A DNA stretch of 64,000 bases from Candidatus Staskawiczbacteria bacterium (GCA_023245155.1 JAHFKV010000001.1:395034-459033); one strand, 5' to 3'. Positions 27,876 through 37,782 are shown, numbered from the stretch's first letter. Notes: generated by a model from the letters alone, not told the origin. A program made the numbers and translations.

Positions 27876-28541
27876 ATGATTAAGTTTGATATTATTACCA
27901 TTTTTCCGGATATCTTGAGCTCTTATTTGAGTGAGTCTTTGATTGCGCGCGCGCAGGCGAAGAAATTGATAAAAATTCAAACTCATAATTTGCGGGATTT
28001 TTCAGATGACGTCCGTGGAACGGTAGATGGCCGGCCATTTGGTGGAGGATTAGGCATGGTGCTAAAACCTGAACCAATTTTTAAAGCGGTTAAAAAAATC
28101 CAGAGTCAGAAAACATCAAAAATTATTTTGTTCACTCCGCGCGGCCAAAAGTTCACCCAGAAATTAGCTACAAAGTTATCAAAATTAGATCAGATTATTT
28201 TTATTTGTGGAAGATATGAGGGCGTTGACCAGCGCGTGGCTGAAAAGATTGCGCATATGGAAATTTCCATTGGTGACTATGACTTAATGGGTGGAGAATT
28301 ACCAGCTATGGTAGTCATTGAAAGTATTTCGCGGCTGATTCCCGGTGTGCTTGGTAAAGAAGCCTTATTGAGAGAACGCATGACCAAAAGCGGAGGGTTT
28401 ATTGAATATGCCCAATATACCCGGCCGGAAGTTTTTGAACCGGTGAAAGGTAAAAAATGGCGGGTACCAAAAGTATTAATCCAGGGGGACCACAAAAAAA
28501 TAGAAGCTTGGAAAAAAGACCACGGAAAAGTTATTGAATAA
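27876..28541 (+). CDS. trmD: tRNA (guanine37-N1)-methyltransferase
   Basis: MIKFDIITIFPD...GRYEGVDQRV...IGDYDLMGGELPAMV. Confidence 0.9.
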   Translation: MIKFDIITIFPDILSSYLSESLIARAQAKKLIKIQTHNLRDFSDDVRGTVDGRPFGGGLGMVLKPEPIFKAVKKIQSQKTSKIILFTPRGQKFTQKLATKLSKLDQIIFICGRYEGVDQRVAEKIAHMEISIGDYDLMGGELPAMVVIESISRLIPGVLGKEALLRERMTKSGGFIEYAQYTRPEVFEPVKGKKWRVPKVLIQGDHKKIEAWKKDHGKVIE

Positions 28542-28571
28542 AGGAAATTGTTATGGTATTATGGTCTCATT

Positions 28572-28657
28572 GGGCAGTTGGCTGAGCAGCAAAGGCACTA
28601 GACTGTAAATCTAGCGGGTTCTACCCTTCGCAGGTGCAAGTCCTGCACTGCCCACCA
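28572..28657 (+). tRNA. tRNA-Tyr (GTA), long variable arm, CCA encoded
   Basis: Acceptor GGGCAGT/ACTGCCC, anticodon loop CTGTAAA, T-arm GCAGG/CCTGC. Preceded by a TGgTATTAT extended -10. Confidence 0.9.
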
Positions 28658-28662
28658 CGCGT

Positions 28663-28735
28663 GCCGATGTAGCTCAGCCAGCAGAGCACTTCCATGGTAA
28701 GGAAGAGGTCCGCAGTGCAAATCTGCGCATCGGCT
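28663..28735 (+). tRNA. tRNA-Thr (GGT)
   Basis: Acceptor GCCGATG/CATCGGC, anticodon stem CTTCC/GGAAG, loop ATGGTAA. Confidence 0.9.
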
Positions 28736-28762
28736 CAGAGAATATTAATAATATAGAAAAAC

Positions 28763-28924
28763 ATGGCTGCAAAAAAACCATTTTTGAAAGTTCAGTGCAC
28801 CGTTTGCAAAACCGTGAATTACTTCACCAAGAAATCCAAATTAATGGCTGACACTAAATTGGAAATTTCTAAATTTTGCAGCACGTGTCACAAGCACACC
28901 GTTCATAAAGAAGGTCGTAAATAA
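28763..28924 (+). CDS. rpmG: 50S ribosomal protein L33
   Basis: 53-aa ORF not in the track (under 60 aa): MAAKKPFLKVQCTVCKTVNYFTKKSK...KFCSTCHKHTVHKEGRK, a Cys4 zinc-ribbon L33. Confidence 0.8.
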   Translation: MAAKKPFLKVQCTVCKTVNYFTKKSKLMADTKLEISKFCSTCHKHTVHKEGRK

Positions 28925-28926
28925 AG

Positions 28927-29364
28927 ATGAGTCTTACCTCATATAGTGACATCTTTGTCAAAACAATCTTCGCTATGACCATAGTGTCCTTTTTGGTATT
29001 CAGTCTTTTTGGAATTGTCATTGTTATGAACGAGATGAAAATGGATAACCATGGCGCAATAAGTGACTGCTTGTTCATGACGGTAACATCACAATGTCCT
29101 ATTACATTCACGGGACATATCAACTTGTGGCAATTAATGTTTAATACATTACTGCCAGTTATCAGTTTAATGAGCGTTATTCTTTTGGCAATTACCCTCA
29201 CTTTTACAAAACTACTTTTCAACAACAATTCTTTTACTCAACCCCTCAAATTTTTGACTCTTCGGTATCGGCTTTACTTAAAACAACATCCTCTCGTTTC
29301 TCTCTTTGATTATCTCAAAGAGGCATTTTCTCAAGGTATTCTCAACCCTAAAATCTACGCTTAG
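28927..29364 (+). CDS. hypothetical membrane protein
   Basis: Three hydrophobic helices. First gene of the metal cluster. No family recognised. Confidence 0.4.
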   Translation: MSLTSYSDIFVKTIFAMTIVSFLVFSLFGIVIVMNEMKMDNHGAISDCLFMTVTSQCPITFTGHINLWQLMFNTLLPVISLMSVILLAITLTFTKLLFNNNSFTQPLKFLTLRYRLYLKQHPLVSLFDYLKEAFSQGILNPKIYA

Positions 29365-29430
29365 TATTTTTCAATCTTGCTTATTTTTCATGCAGGATTT
29401 TTTGTTGTACTATTGACCTAGAAACTTATC

Positions 29431-30465
29431 ATGAAAGAACAAACATATTTTGCAAAAGGCATGCATTGTGCCGCTTGTGAGATCTTAATTGAGAAAAAGT
29501 TATTGAAAATTGAGGGGGTTGCCTCAGTGGAAGCATCAACCAGTAACGGGAAAGTGACTATTGAATACGAAGCTCAAAAGCCCAATATTGAAGCGCTGAA
29601 TATTATTTTCAAAAAAGATAACTACACTTTCTTTGAAAATCAGCCTGCAATCACGGGAGACACCAAAAAAGAAGCGATGAATCCTACATTGCTTGGATTT
29701 ACGATTACCGCGATTATAATCGTCCTATTCTTGTTGTTAGACAAAGCAGGAATTTCCGGGTTTCTTAATGTAGGCTCAAAGTCTTCCTTGCTAACGTTTT
29801 TCGGCTTTGGAATATTGGCTGGTCTTTCAAGCTGTGCTGCCTTAGTTGGGGGAATAGTCCTATCAATGTCAAAGCAGTGGCAAGTACTTTATGCTAACGA
29901 ACAAAGCAGTTTCAAGAAATTCCAGCCACATATGCTGTTTAATGCGGGCAGAATTTTATCCTATGCTATTTTGGGTGGAGTCCTTGGCCTGATCGGAGGC
30001 AGATTGCAATTGTCCTTTACCATCACTTCATTCTTGGTCATTCTTATATCGCTTCTCATGATCGCCTTGGGATTGCAGATGTTGGGAATAAAAGCATTCC
30101 GCAGGTTTCAATTCTCTATGCCAAAGTTCATAACCAGAAAGATAGCTAACGAAAATAACTTTAACGGCAAATACATGCCATTTGTAATGGGAGCCCTGAC
30201 ATTCTTCTTGCCCTGCGGATTTACGATTACCGCCCAAACTTTGGCACTGTTGTCAGGTAGTCCAATGCAAGGCGGGCTAATCATGGGACTCTTTGCCCTT
30301 GGAACAATGCCGATGCTTCTGCTTATTGGTCTCTCAAGCACCGCATTCTTTTCAAGGCCGCACTTATCACTAATATTTTCTCAAGTGGCCGGATTTTTAG
30401 TGATATTTTTCGCCCTGTATAATATCTATAATCAAATCAACGTGTTGGGAATTATTATTAAATAA
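29431..30465 (+). CDS. HMA-domain fused to a DsbD_2/TauE-like polytopic membrane protein
   Basis: N-terminal GMHCAACE metal-binding motif followed by about 6 TM helices containing SSCA and FFLPCG. Confidence 0.6.
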   Translation: MKEQTYFAKGMHCAACEILIEKKLLKIEGVASVEASTSNGKVTIEYEAQKPNIEALNIIFKKDNYTFFENQPAITGDTKKEAMNPTLLGFTITAIIIVLFLLLDKAGISGFLNVGSKSSLLTFFGFGILAGLSSCAALVGGIVLSMSKQWQVLYANEQSSFKKFQPHMLFNAGRILSYAILGGVLGLIGGRLQLSFTITSFLVILISLLMIALGLQMLGIKAFRRFQFSMPKFITRKIANENNFNGKYMPFVMGALTFFLPCGFTITAQTLALLSGSPMQGGLIMGLFALGTMPMLLLIGLSSTAFFSRPHLSLIFSQVAGFLVIFFALYNIYNQINVLGIIIK

Positions 30466-30470
30466 AACAT

Positions 30471-30893
30471 ATGAACCAAAAAACTACACAATATCTCTTA
30501 ATAGCAATCATCGTTGTCTGTGTCGGTGTTTCGGGATACCTTATCCTAAAGCCTAATGGCAATCAAGCGGTAACGCAAGGTGCAAACGGATTGGCGCCAG
30601 TAGTTAACGGCAAACAGCTTCTGCAAATGACGGTCTATGCTACAAACTATTCGCCCAGCATCTTTACGGTAAAAGCCGGAATCCCTGTCAGATGGGAAAT
30701 TACTTCGTCCGGTCAGCCTGGGTGCGACAGCGGAGCCATTGTTGCCAATAATTTGGTGCCTGGCGGTTCGATTGTCCTCAATCCAAATCAAGGTCAAACG
30801 GTTGCTCAAGAATTTACTCCAGAGACTCCGGGAACCTATCGATTCGCCTGCCCCATGGGAATGGTTTGGGGAAGTATCAACGTGGTGAATTAG
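30471..30893 (+). CDS. membrane-anchored cupredoxin-like protein
   Basis: TM anchor followed by TVKAGIPVRWEI...GTYRFACPMGM, a cupredoxin-type C-terminal ligand region. Confidence 0.55.
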   Translation: MNQKTTQYLLIAIIVVCVGVSGYLILKPNGNQAVTQGANGLAPVVNGKQLLQMTVYATNYSPSIFTVKAGIPVRWEITSSGQPGCDSGAIVANNLVPGGSIVLNPNQGQTVAQEFTPETPGTYRFACPMGMVWGSINVVN

Positions 30894-30904
30894 CCCTACA
30901 ATAT

Positions 30905-31120
30905 ATGAAAACTATCATTACTGTTAAGGGAACTCATTGCAACGCCTGTCAGGCACTCATCGAAGATATCGCAAACGATATTAAGGGCATCCATGCTTGC
31001 GCGGTTGATTTTACCACCGGAAAAACTGAGATTGAATATGATAAAGATGCAAATTTGCAGGAATTCAAAAAAGAGGTTGAGGAGTTGGGAAACTATGCAG
31101 TCATGTTAAAAGATACATAA
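30905..31120 (+). CDS. HMA-domain metallochaperone (CopZ-like)
   Basis: MKTIITVKGTHCNACQALIE, a ferredoxin-like HMA of about 70 aa. The internal Met is preferred over 30866. Confidence 0.6.
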   Translation: MKTIITVKGTHCNACQALIEDIANDIKGIHACAVDFTTGKTEIEYDKDANLQEFKKEVEELGNYAVMLKDT

Positions 31121-31125
31121 AAACT

Positions 31126-31746
31126 ATGACTTCATTAGAATCAATTAAAAAGTTCTATAAGAACCAGAGCGTTTCTTATGAGGATAAGGTGAAACGATAC
31201 TGGAATTTTGATAGAACCCAAATTACAGATCTTTTGAAGGATTCAAAAAATATTGTTGAGTTTGGAGTTGGCACAGGATTAAATATTCCCTTTTATCCAA
31301 GCTCCGCTCATGTAACTGCGATAGATCTTTCTGAAGAAATGGTTGTGAAAGCTCGGTTAAAAGCCGGGGTTGCTCAACCTGTTCGGTTTCTTGTTGGGGA
31401 CGTATCGGATCAAAATATTTCTGTAGATACTTTTGATGGAGCATTGGCGACATACTATTTTAGCGTAACATCGAATCCGAATAAGGACTTGGAAACCTTA
31501 AAAGAGATATTGCAAAATGGCTCAACTGCTATTATTGTCGACCATGCTCAACATAGTCCCAATTTCAGCCAATGGCTTATAGGAAGTTTACTTTATAGAA
31601 TATTTTATTTTAATCCATATCGTGATTTGGAAAGGATGTTTTTATATCACGGTTTTCGAATTAATAAAAAAGTATATCTAGGCAGGCTTGGTAGGAAGTT
31701 GCAGCATGACACGTATTTATTCGTATTAGAAAATCAAAAAATATGA
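31126..31746 (+). CDS. class I SAM-dependent methyltransferase
   Basis: VEFGVGTGLN motif I and an acidic DLSEEM motif II. Confidence 0.6.
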   Translation: MTSLESIKKFYKNQSVSYEDKVKRYWNFDRTQITDLLKDSKNIVEFGVGTGLNIPFYPSSAHVTAIDLSEEMVVKARLKAGVAQPVRFLVGDVSDQNISVDTFDGALATYYFSVTSNPNKDLETLKEILQNGSTAIIVDHAQHSPNFSQWLIGSLLYRIFYFNPYRDLERMFLYHGFRINKKVYLGRLGRKLQHDTYLFVLENQKI

Positions 31747-34034
31747 TAAACAAAACATTTAAAGTTAAGGGGATGCACTGCGCTTCGTGCGCGGGTATCA
31801 TCGAACGGAAATTTAAAAAAACTGATGGGGTGGTTTCAGCCGAAGCTAATTATGGGAACGAATCAGTAAAAGTTTCTTTTGATGACTCAAAAGTAACGCC
31901 TGAGAATCTTTCAAAAAAGATAGAGCCTTTGGGGTATTCTTTAGTCATGCCGACAGCGCACGAAATGGGTATGTCGGAAAGCGAGCACGCTGCTCATCTT
32001 GGATTGAATCAATCAAAAGAAGAAAAGCTGAAAGAAATAAAAGCTCAACGGAACCAAGTATTATCCGCAATTCCGCTTGCCATTTTTAGCATTTTTGTAA
32101 TGGGATGGGAAATTTTGGCACAATTTAAGGTCACGCCGGGTATCCCATACTTTTGGTCAGAGTTTTTTCATCACCTGTTACCTTTGATGGCCACCTACAC
32201 CCTTTTTGTGGTGGGAAAACCTTATCTTCTCGGATTTTATAGATTTCTGCGATATGGCAAAGCAAATATGGACACTCTGATTGGCATAGGCACTTTTGTG
32301 GCCTATATTTACAGTTTTATTGTAACTGCTTTTGAGGCTCCGCTTTCTGCATTTATCAACACATCTCATACCTATTACGACGTTACGATCGTAGTTATTA
32401 CATTTATTGCACTTGGAAAATATCTTGAGGCAAAGTCAAAATTAAAGACCGGAGACGCCATAGAAAAGTTATTAAACCTGCAGGTAAAAACCGCGCTGGT
32501 GATCCGTGATGGCAAAGAGCAAGAAATTTCTGTTGACCAAGTGGTTCATGGTGAATTGATTATTGTAAAGCCGGCCGGTAAAATTCCAGTTGACGGAATT
32601 ATTACCGAGGGTTCTTCATTCCTTGATGAATCCATGATAACCGGTGAGCCAATGCCAATAGAGAAAAAAGTTGGCGATGCTATTGTTGCAGGAACCATCA
32701 ACACCAGCGGCTCATTTACATTTAAAGCTACTAAAGTCAGTTCTGAAACTATGCTGGCCCATATTATCCAAATGGTTGAGGAAGCCCAGGGAAGTAAAGC
32801 ACCGATACAGGCTTTGGCTGACAAGATTTCAAGTGTATTTGTGCCAATAGTATTAGTCTTGGCATTTTTATCTTTGGGAACTTGGCTTATTTTAGGAACG
32901 CAGTATCTTGGATTTTCGCAGGCCCTTTCCTTTGGACTGGTTTCCTTTGTGGGTATTTTGGTAATTGCATGTCCGTGCGCTTTGGGATTAGCAACGCCAA
33001 CGGCAATCATTGTAGGTGTCGGCAAAGGAGCAAAAGAGGGTATTCTCATCAAAGATGCTGCTACGCTTGAAAAGCTCCACAAAGTAAATGTGGTGGTGGT
33101 TGATAAAACGGGAACTATCACAAAAGGAAAACCAGAACTCGTATCCGTTAAAAATTTTTCTGATAAAAGTGATGAGGATTTAATTTCAATCCTTGCGTCT
33201 CTTGAGAATAAATCAGAACATCCAATTGCCCATGCCATCACCGCTTATGCAAAAGAAAAGGGATTGGTTTTGCTACCGGTAACCAATTTTGAAGCCGTAA
33301 AAGGCAAGGGCTTAAAAGGAATAGTTAATAAAAAAGAATATTTCGCAGGAAATACTAAATTATTAGAAGATTTACATATTTCTTTTGAGAAAAACTTGAT
33401 TGAAAAAGAAACGCTTGAGGGTAAAACTCCTATTATTCTTTCCACCAAAGAAACCGTGTTGAGCATAATCATGGTTGCTGACCCAATAAAATCTGAATCA
33501 GCTGAAGCTATTAAAAAATTGCATGCCTTTGGAATCAAAGTAATAATGCTTACCGGGGACAACAAAAACACGGCAAACTACATTGCCAATAAGGTTGGCA
33601 TTGATGAGGTGGTTGCAGAGGCCACTCCCGAAAATAAGATTGATAAGATAAAAGAGTTGCAAGCAGATGGCAGGCTGGTAGCAATGGCAGGTGACGGAGT
33701 AAACGATGCTCCAGCTTTAGCTCAGGCTGATGTTGGTATTGCCATGGCAACGGGAACTGATGTTGCGATTGAATCAGCCGGAATCACCTTGCTCCACGGA
33801 GATATTTCAAAGTTGGTAAAAGCTATCAAGCTTTCAAAGATGACCATGCGAGGCATCAAACAAAACTTGTTTTGGGCTTTTATTTACAATATTATCGGCA
33901 TACCACTGGCAGGGGGTTTGTTTTATCCAATATTCGGCTGGCTTTTAAGTCCCGTGTTCGCCGGTTTGGCCATGGGATTCTCAAGTGTTTCGGTTGTTAC
34001 TAATTCGCTCAGGATTAAGGGGAAAAAGCTGTGA
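31743..34034 (+). CDS. copA: copper-translocating P1B-type ATPase
   Basis: GMHCASCAG HMA, CPCALGLATP, DKTGTIT, GDGVNDAPAL. Confidence 0.9.
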   Translation: MINKTFKVKGMHCASCAGIIERKFKKTDGVVSAEANYGNESVKVSFDDSKVTPENLSKKIEPLGYSLVMPTAHEMGMSESEHAAHLGLNQSKEEKLKEIKAQRNQVLSAIPLAIFSIFVMGWEILAQFKVTPGIPYFWSEFFHHLLPLMATYTLFVVGKPYLLGFYRFLRYGKANMDTLIGIGTFVAYIYSFIVTAFEAPLSAFINTSHTYYDVTIVVITFIALGKYLEAKSKLKTGDAIEKLLNLQVKTALVIRDGKEQEISVDQVVHGELIIVKPAGKIPVDGIITEGSSFLDESMITGEPMPIEKKVGDAIVAGTINTSGSFTFKATKVSSETMLAHIIQMVEEAQGSKAPIQALADKISSVFVPIVLVLAFLSLGTWLILGTQYLGFSQALSFGLVSFVGILVIACPCALGLATPTAIIVGVGKGAKEGILIKDAATLEKLHKVNVVVVDKTGTITKGKPELVSVKNFSDKSDEDLISILASLENKSEHPIAHAITAYAKEKGLVLLPVTNFEAVKGKGLKGIVNKKEYFAGNTKLLEDLHISFEKNLIEKETLEGKTPIILSTKETVLSIIMVADPIKSESAEAIKKLHAFGIKVIMLTGDNKNTANYIANKVGIDEVVAEATPENKIDKIKELQADGRLVAMAGDGVNDAPALAQADVGIAMATGTDVAIESAGITLLHGDISKLVKAIKLSKMTMRGIKQNLFWAFIYNIIGIPLAGGLFYPIFGWLLSPVFAGLAMGFSSVSVVTNSLRIKGKKL

Positions 34035-34073
34035 TAGGCATGTTTAGAAAAAATCGCTTTTTAAGCGATTTTT

Positions 34074-34091
34074 TGGTATCATTGACCAATG
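34074..34091 (+). promoter_or_regulatory. extended -10 TGgTATCAT placed 6 nt before the ATG (leaderless candidate)
   Basis: TG 34074-34075, TATCAT 34077-34082, tgacca, ATG at 34089. Confidence 0.4.
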
Positions 34092-35555
34092 AAAAGGATT
34101 TCAATTTCAATGGGAGCTTTAATCGTTGTGGCCGTAGTAATTTTATTGTCGGGCGGGTTTTTTGTATATCACCATGTAACCTCCCCAAAAATAAGCCAGA
34201 TTTCTTTAACAGCATCTAACTTTACGAATACCGTAGTTCACCCAAATCAGATGACGTCCCAAGAACTTTCCCAAAGAAAATCTGTGTGTAAAAATTTACA
34301 AAACTCTGATGATCAGAATGCCTGTTATGGAAACTTAGCTATTGATGCAAATGATTTAAGTATATGCCAATTCTTTGGATCCAGAGTGTGCGGGTACTTT
34401 AATTTTATGTGGCATACGAGTCTTTGTAGTGATATACAGATTAATAAGCCAATCTATGGCCTTAGTAATGATCACGGAGTATTCGTAGATTTGAGCAGGA
34501 AGCAGGAATGCATAAAAAATATTGCGATAAGTACTAATAATGCAGACTTATGTAAAAATTTGTTTGATATGGCAGAAAATTGCCAAGATGCGGTCGCAAT
34601 TAATCTTGGCGATGCAAGTAAGTGTTCTAATGAAGGGAATCCTACTACTTATTACGGGAGTTGTGTCATGAAGATTGCGGTAAACAAAAAAGACATTACT
34701 ATTTGCGAAAGTAGGTATGATAAAGCTTGGTGCATTGTCGAGTTTCCAAGATTGTTGCAAACACCCAAACAAGATTTGCAATGCTATGTACCACCCATAG
34801 CCACAGATGACGGATATAGAGATGAAAACAACGTGATTAAATCAAGTGGTTACAGCTACCCCAATAATTATGATAACGGTGCGAATGATTATTCAAAAGA
34901 CTTAGCACCACAACCATATTTTAAACATCTGCTATCAATTCCTTTTAATAGTAGTAACTCAATACTCAGGGTTTATATGAGTAATGGTAACGCTGGCTTT
35001 GTACGCTTGATAAAATATTCTGCCTCTGATGGTTCATCAAAACTTATAGGAGATGTTTCATCGCAAGTTGGCGGGAATTGGGGAGGGATTTATGTACCCA
35101 TGGCAATTTCAAAAGATGACAGTCATGTGTTGTTTAATGCGCAGATGGGGTCTCCGGGTGCAGGCGGAGGCTCTACTACATTGGGATACGCGTCTTTATC
35201 TTTAACCTTTATAAAATATGATAACTGCGGGTATTTAAATCCTGAAAAAATTGCAAACCAAGCATATTTTTATGATAATTTTTCAAAGGTTTTGTTTTAC
35301 GCGGAAGCCGGTAATGTGCCCCCAAGCGAGAAGCCCGGTCCCAACTACAATTCTTCATTAAGATTTAGAAACATTGTTACCGCAGAAACAAAGACATTAT
35401 TACAGGAGTCAAACACAATTTACCAAATTATAAATATAGATGAGAAATCAGGAATTGTTAATTTTAAATCTTGTCCATGGCAGGAGCATAGATTTGAGTG
35501 TTTAAATTCAGATCCAACTACTCAAAACAGGTCGTTAAACCTTCCATTATATTAG
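34089..35555 (+). CDS. hypothetical membrane-anchored, Cys-rich repeat protein
   Basis: N-terminal TM helix and about 5 repeats of a C...IA(I/V)...D...C pattern, with a Gly/Ser-rich C-terminal domain. No family recognised. Confidence 0.45.
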   Translation: MKRISISMGALIVVAVVILLSGGFFVYHHVTSPKISQISLTASNFTNTVVHPNQMTSQELSQRKSVCKNLQNSDDQNACYGNLAIDANDLSICQFFGSRVCGYFNFMWHTSLCSDIQINKPIYGLSNDHGVFVDLSRKQECIKNIAISTNNADLCKNLFDMAENCQDAVAINLGDASKCSNEGNPTTYYGSCVMKIAVNKKDITICESRYDKAWCIVEFPRLLQTPKQDLQCYVPPIATDDGYRDENNVIKSSGYSYPNNYDNGANDYSKDLAPQPYFKHLLSIPFNSSNSILRVYMSNGNAGFVRLIKYSASDGSSKLIGDVSSQVGGNWGGIYVPMAISKDDSHVLFNAQMGSPGAGGGSTTLGYASLSLTFIKYDNCGYLNPEKIANQAYFYDNFSKVLFYAEAGNVPPSEKPGPNYNSSLRFRNIVTAETKTLLQESNTIYQIINIDEKSGIVNFKSCPWQEHRFECLNSDPTTQNRSLNLPLY

Positions 35556-35893
35556 TTGGGCCACAAAATGCGCCACACCATGCAAGCGGTAGAGGGAATG
35601 TAATAACAAGTGCGTTCGAGCTGGGGCCCGCGGGCCCCAGCTTTCTGTGCCATATCCAGAAATTTAATACTTTGCCGAGTGCTCATTTTGTTCGTCGCCC
35701 ATGCAAAGCACCATCCCGAATACACATCAATGAGCGTGTAGACGTAAATTCTCTTCTTCTCTGAAATCATCAGATGAATCGTATCCACCAGCACTAAATT
35801 ACCTGGCGCAAGGGCTATGGGACTCTCTGTGGACGGGTGAGTCGTTTCCGCCGACTTCTTTTGTGAATTTGGTTGACTTCCCCTAGAATATTA
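35552..35893 (-). mobile_element. degraded rve/DDE (IS481/IS3-like) transposase fragment
   Basis: The minus-strand frame reads ...APGNLVLVDTIHLMISEKKRIYVYTLIDVYSGWCFAW...STRQSIKFL, the first part of an integrase core. It has no N-terminal HTH, no proper start, and loses similarity after about 80 aa. Confidence 0.5.
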
Positions 35894-35962
35894 GCTAATC
35901 TAATCATGAGATAAGCGTTCTTTGTGTAGCTAGGCCACCATTCCTCACTTAAAGGAGCAACT

Positions 35963-36496
35963 ATGTCTCAGAAAGTTAAGCCAAAGCCGAAGCGCAAGCC
36001 GTCGCGAGTCAGGCCAGAGAGTCGACCAAAGCGGAAGAGCCAGCCAGAGCCGCAGAGTCAGTCTTTCACGCCAAGAAGCCGGCTTGAAGTTGAGGATTAT
36101 GGCCGGTACGTTATCGTCAACTTTTTGGACAGGAAGATTCTGGATGAAAGGGCTATTCAGAGAATCGGGGAAGATTTGTTCGCCCTCGTCGACCTGTACG
36201 ACCACAAGCAGATACTCCTGAATTTCTCCAACGTTGAGTATTTGTCCTCCGCCGCTCTGGGCAAGTTCATCTCACTCAACAAAAAGGTTCAGGGTAAGAG
36301 CGGCGAGCTCGTGCTGTCCAACATCAACGAAGACATATACGAAGTCTTCGAACTCACGCGCCTGGACCGGCTGTTCAAAATCGAAAAAGACGAGCAAAGC
36401 GGCGTGGATGTATTCACGGTGGAACGCCCCCGCCGGCCCCCAAAGAGGCCGAGGAAAACCCCTACCAAGGTTAAGCCAAGGAGGGGTAGAAAGTAA
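35963..36496 (+). CDS. STAS-domain (anti-sigma-factor-antagonist-like) protein with Lys/Arg/Pro-rich N- and C-terminal tails (GC-rich unit)
   Basis: Core VIVNFLDRKILDE...ILLNFSNVEYLSSAALGKFISL...LVLSNINEDIYEVFELTRLDRLF. AAAGGAG SD, a TTGACT-17-TAATCT promoter, and a terminator. Confidence 0.6.
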   Translation: MSQKVKPKPKRKPSRVRPESRPKRKSQPEPQSQSFTPRSRLEVEDYGRYVIVNFLDRKILDERAIQRIGEDLFALVDLYDHKQILLNFSNVEYLSSAALGKFISLNKKVQGKSGELVLSNINEDIYEVFELTRLDRLFKIEKDEQSGVDVFTVERPRRPPKRPRKTPTKVKPRRGRK

Positions 36497-36521
36497 TTCC
36501 GCTCTTTATTTTCAACAGACA

Positions 36522-36551
36522 GGGCCCCAAACTTCGGTGCGGGGCCTTTTT
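36522..36551 (+). terminator. intrinsic terminator
   Basis: GGCCCC/GGGGCC stem with a T-run. Confidence 0.6.
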
Positions 36552-36594
36552 GAACATTGAAAAAACAAGTATATGTGGTATAATTTTTACAACT

Positions 36595-36668
36595 AGGGGC
36601 GTGGTGAAATGGTATCATAAGGGTCTCCAAAACCCTTGGTCTGAGTTCGATTCTCAGCGCCCCTGCCA
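36595..36668 (+). tRNA. tRNA-Trp (CCA), CCA end encoded
   Basis: Acceptor AGGGGCG/CGCCCCT, anticodon stem AGGGT/ACCCT, loop CTCCAAA. A TTGAAA-17-TATAAT promoter lies upstream. Confidence 0.9.
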
Positions 36669-36677
36669 GGCACTATC

Positions 36678-37688
36678 ATGAAATTTAAAATTACTAAAAA
36701 CGTTAAAATTACCGCCATGGTTATCTTGGGCATTTTGTGCCTGGTTTTTGTTTGGGAAATTTTTGTGCCCCGGTCATTTACTCCGCAAGAACCTATTTTA
36801 TACAGTGCTCAAAAAGGCGAGGGTCAAAAAGATATTGCCCATGATCTTAAGGCCGAAGGCATCATTAAAAACGGTTTTTTCTTCCAGTTTTATTCTTTAA
36901 TTTCTGGTAGCGCCGGGAAACTGCAAGCAGGGATTTATGATGTTTCGCCCTCGATGTCTATTGCCGCCATCATCCAAAAGCTAGTTTCAGGAGACATCGC
37001 CAAAAAGAAGGTGGTAATTTTAGAAGGCTGGGACACCGGTGATATTTCTAAATACGCCGATGCTAAAAAACTCTATACTGCCAAAGATATTACATCGGCA
37101 TTCGCCCAAGATTTTACCGCCAATTTTTCGTTTTTAAAGAATAAGCCTAAAACCGCCAATTTGGAGGGATACATTTTCCCCGACACCTATGTTTTGCCTA
37201 TTGAAGCTTCTGCCCAGGATTTGGTGAAAGCCGCCCTGGCTAATTTTGATAAAAAGGTAACCCCGGAATTACGTACGACTATTACCAAGCAGCACAAAAC
37301 TATTTTCCAGATTGTTACCATGGCTTCTATTTTGGAGAAAGAAGTCCCTTCGCTGGAAGATAAAAAAATCGTGGCGGGAATTTTATGGAAGCGCATTGAC
37401 AATGGCATGCCTTTGCAAGTTGATGCAACCATTAACTACATTACCGGTAAAAGCGATGCCCGGGCCGCCAGCAAAGATACTAAAATAAATTCTTTGTATA
37501 ACACCTATAAATATTTGGGATTACCGGCCGGCCCCATTTCTAACCCGGGCATGGATAGCTTGTTGGCGGCCGTTTATCCCACCAAAAGCCCTTATTGGTA
37601 TTATCTTTCCGCCGATGGCACTGGGCAAACGGTATATAGCAAAACATTCGCTGATCACTCCCTGGCCATTTCAAAATATTTAAAATAG
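36678..37688 (+). CDS. mltG: endolytic murein transglycosylase MltG (YceG-like)
   Basis: N-terminal TM helix and the YceG pattern ...EGYIFPDTY...MASILEKE...NTYKYLGLPAGPISNPG. Confidence 0.8.
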   Translation: MKFKITKNVKITAMVILGILCLVFVWEIFVPRSFTPQEPILYSAQKGEGQKDIAHDLKAEGIIKNGFFFQFYSLISGSAGKLQAGIYDVSPSMSIAAIIQKLVSGDIAKKKVVILEGWDTGDISKYADAKKLYTAKDITSAFAQDFTANFSFLKNKPKTANLEGYIFPDTYVLPIEASAQDLVKAALANFDKKVTPELRTTITKQHKTIFQIVTMASILEKEVPSLEDKKIVAGILWKRIDNGMPLQVDATINYITGKSDARAASKDTKINSLYNTYKYLGLPAGPISNPGMDSLLAAVYPTKSPYWYYLSADGTGQTVYSKTFADHSLAISKYLK

Positions 37689-37782
37689 TTGTTTTTGCGT
37701 TTGAGGAATGTTCAGAAAGGATTTTGAAGATTTTTCAAATGTGAAAGCACCTTACTAATCCAAACTTTTTTCGGGGGGTTCC

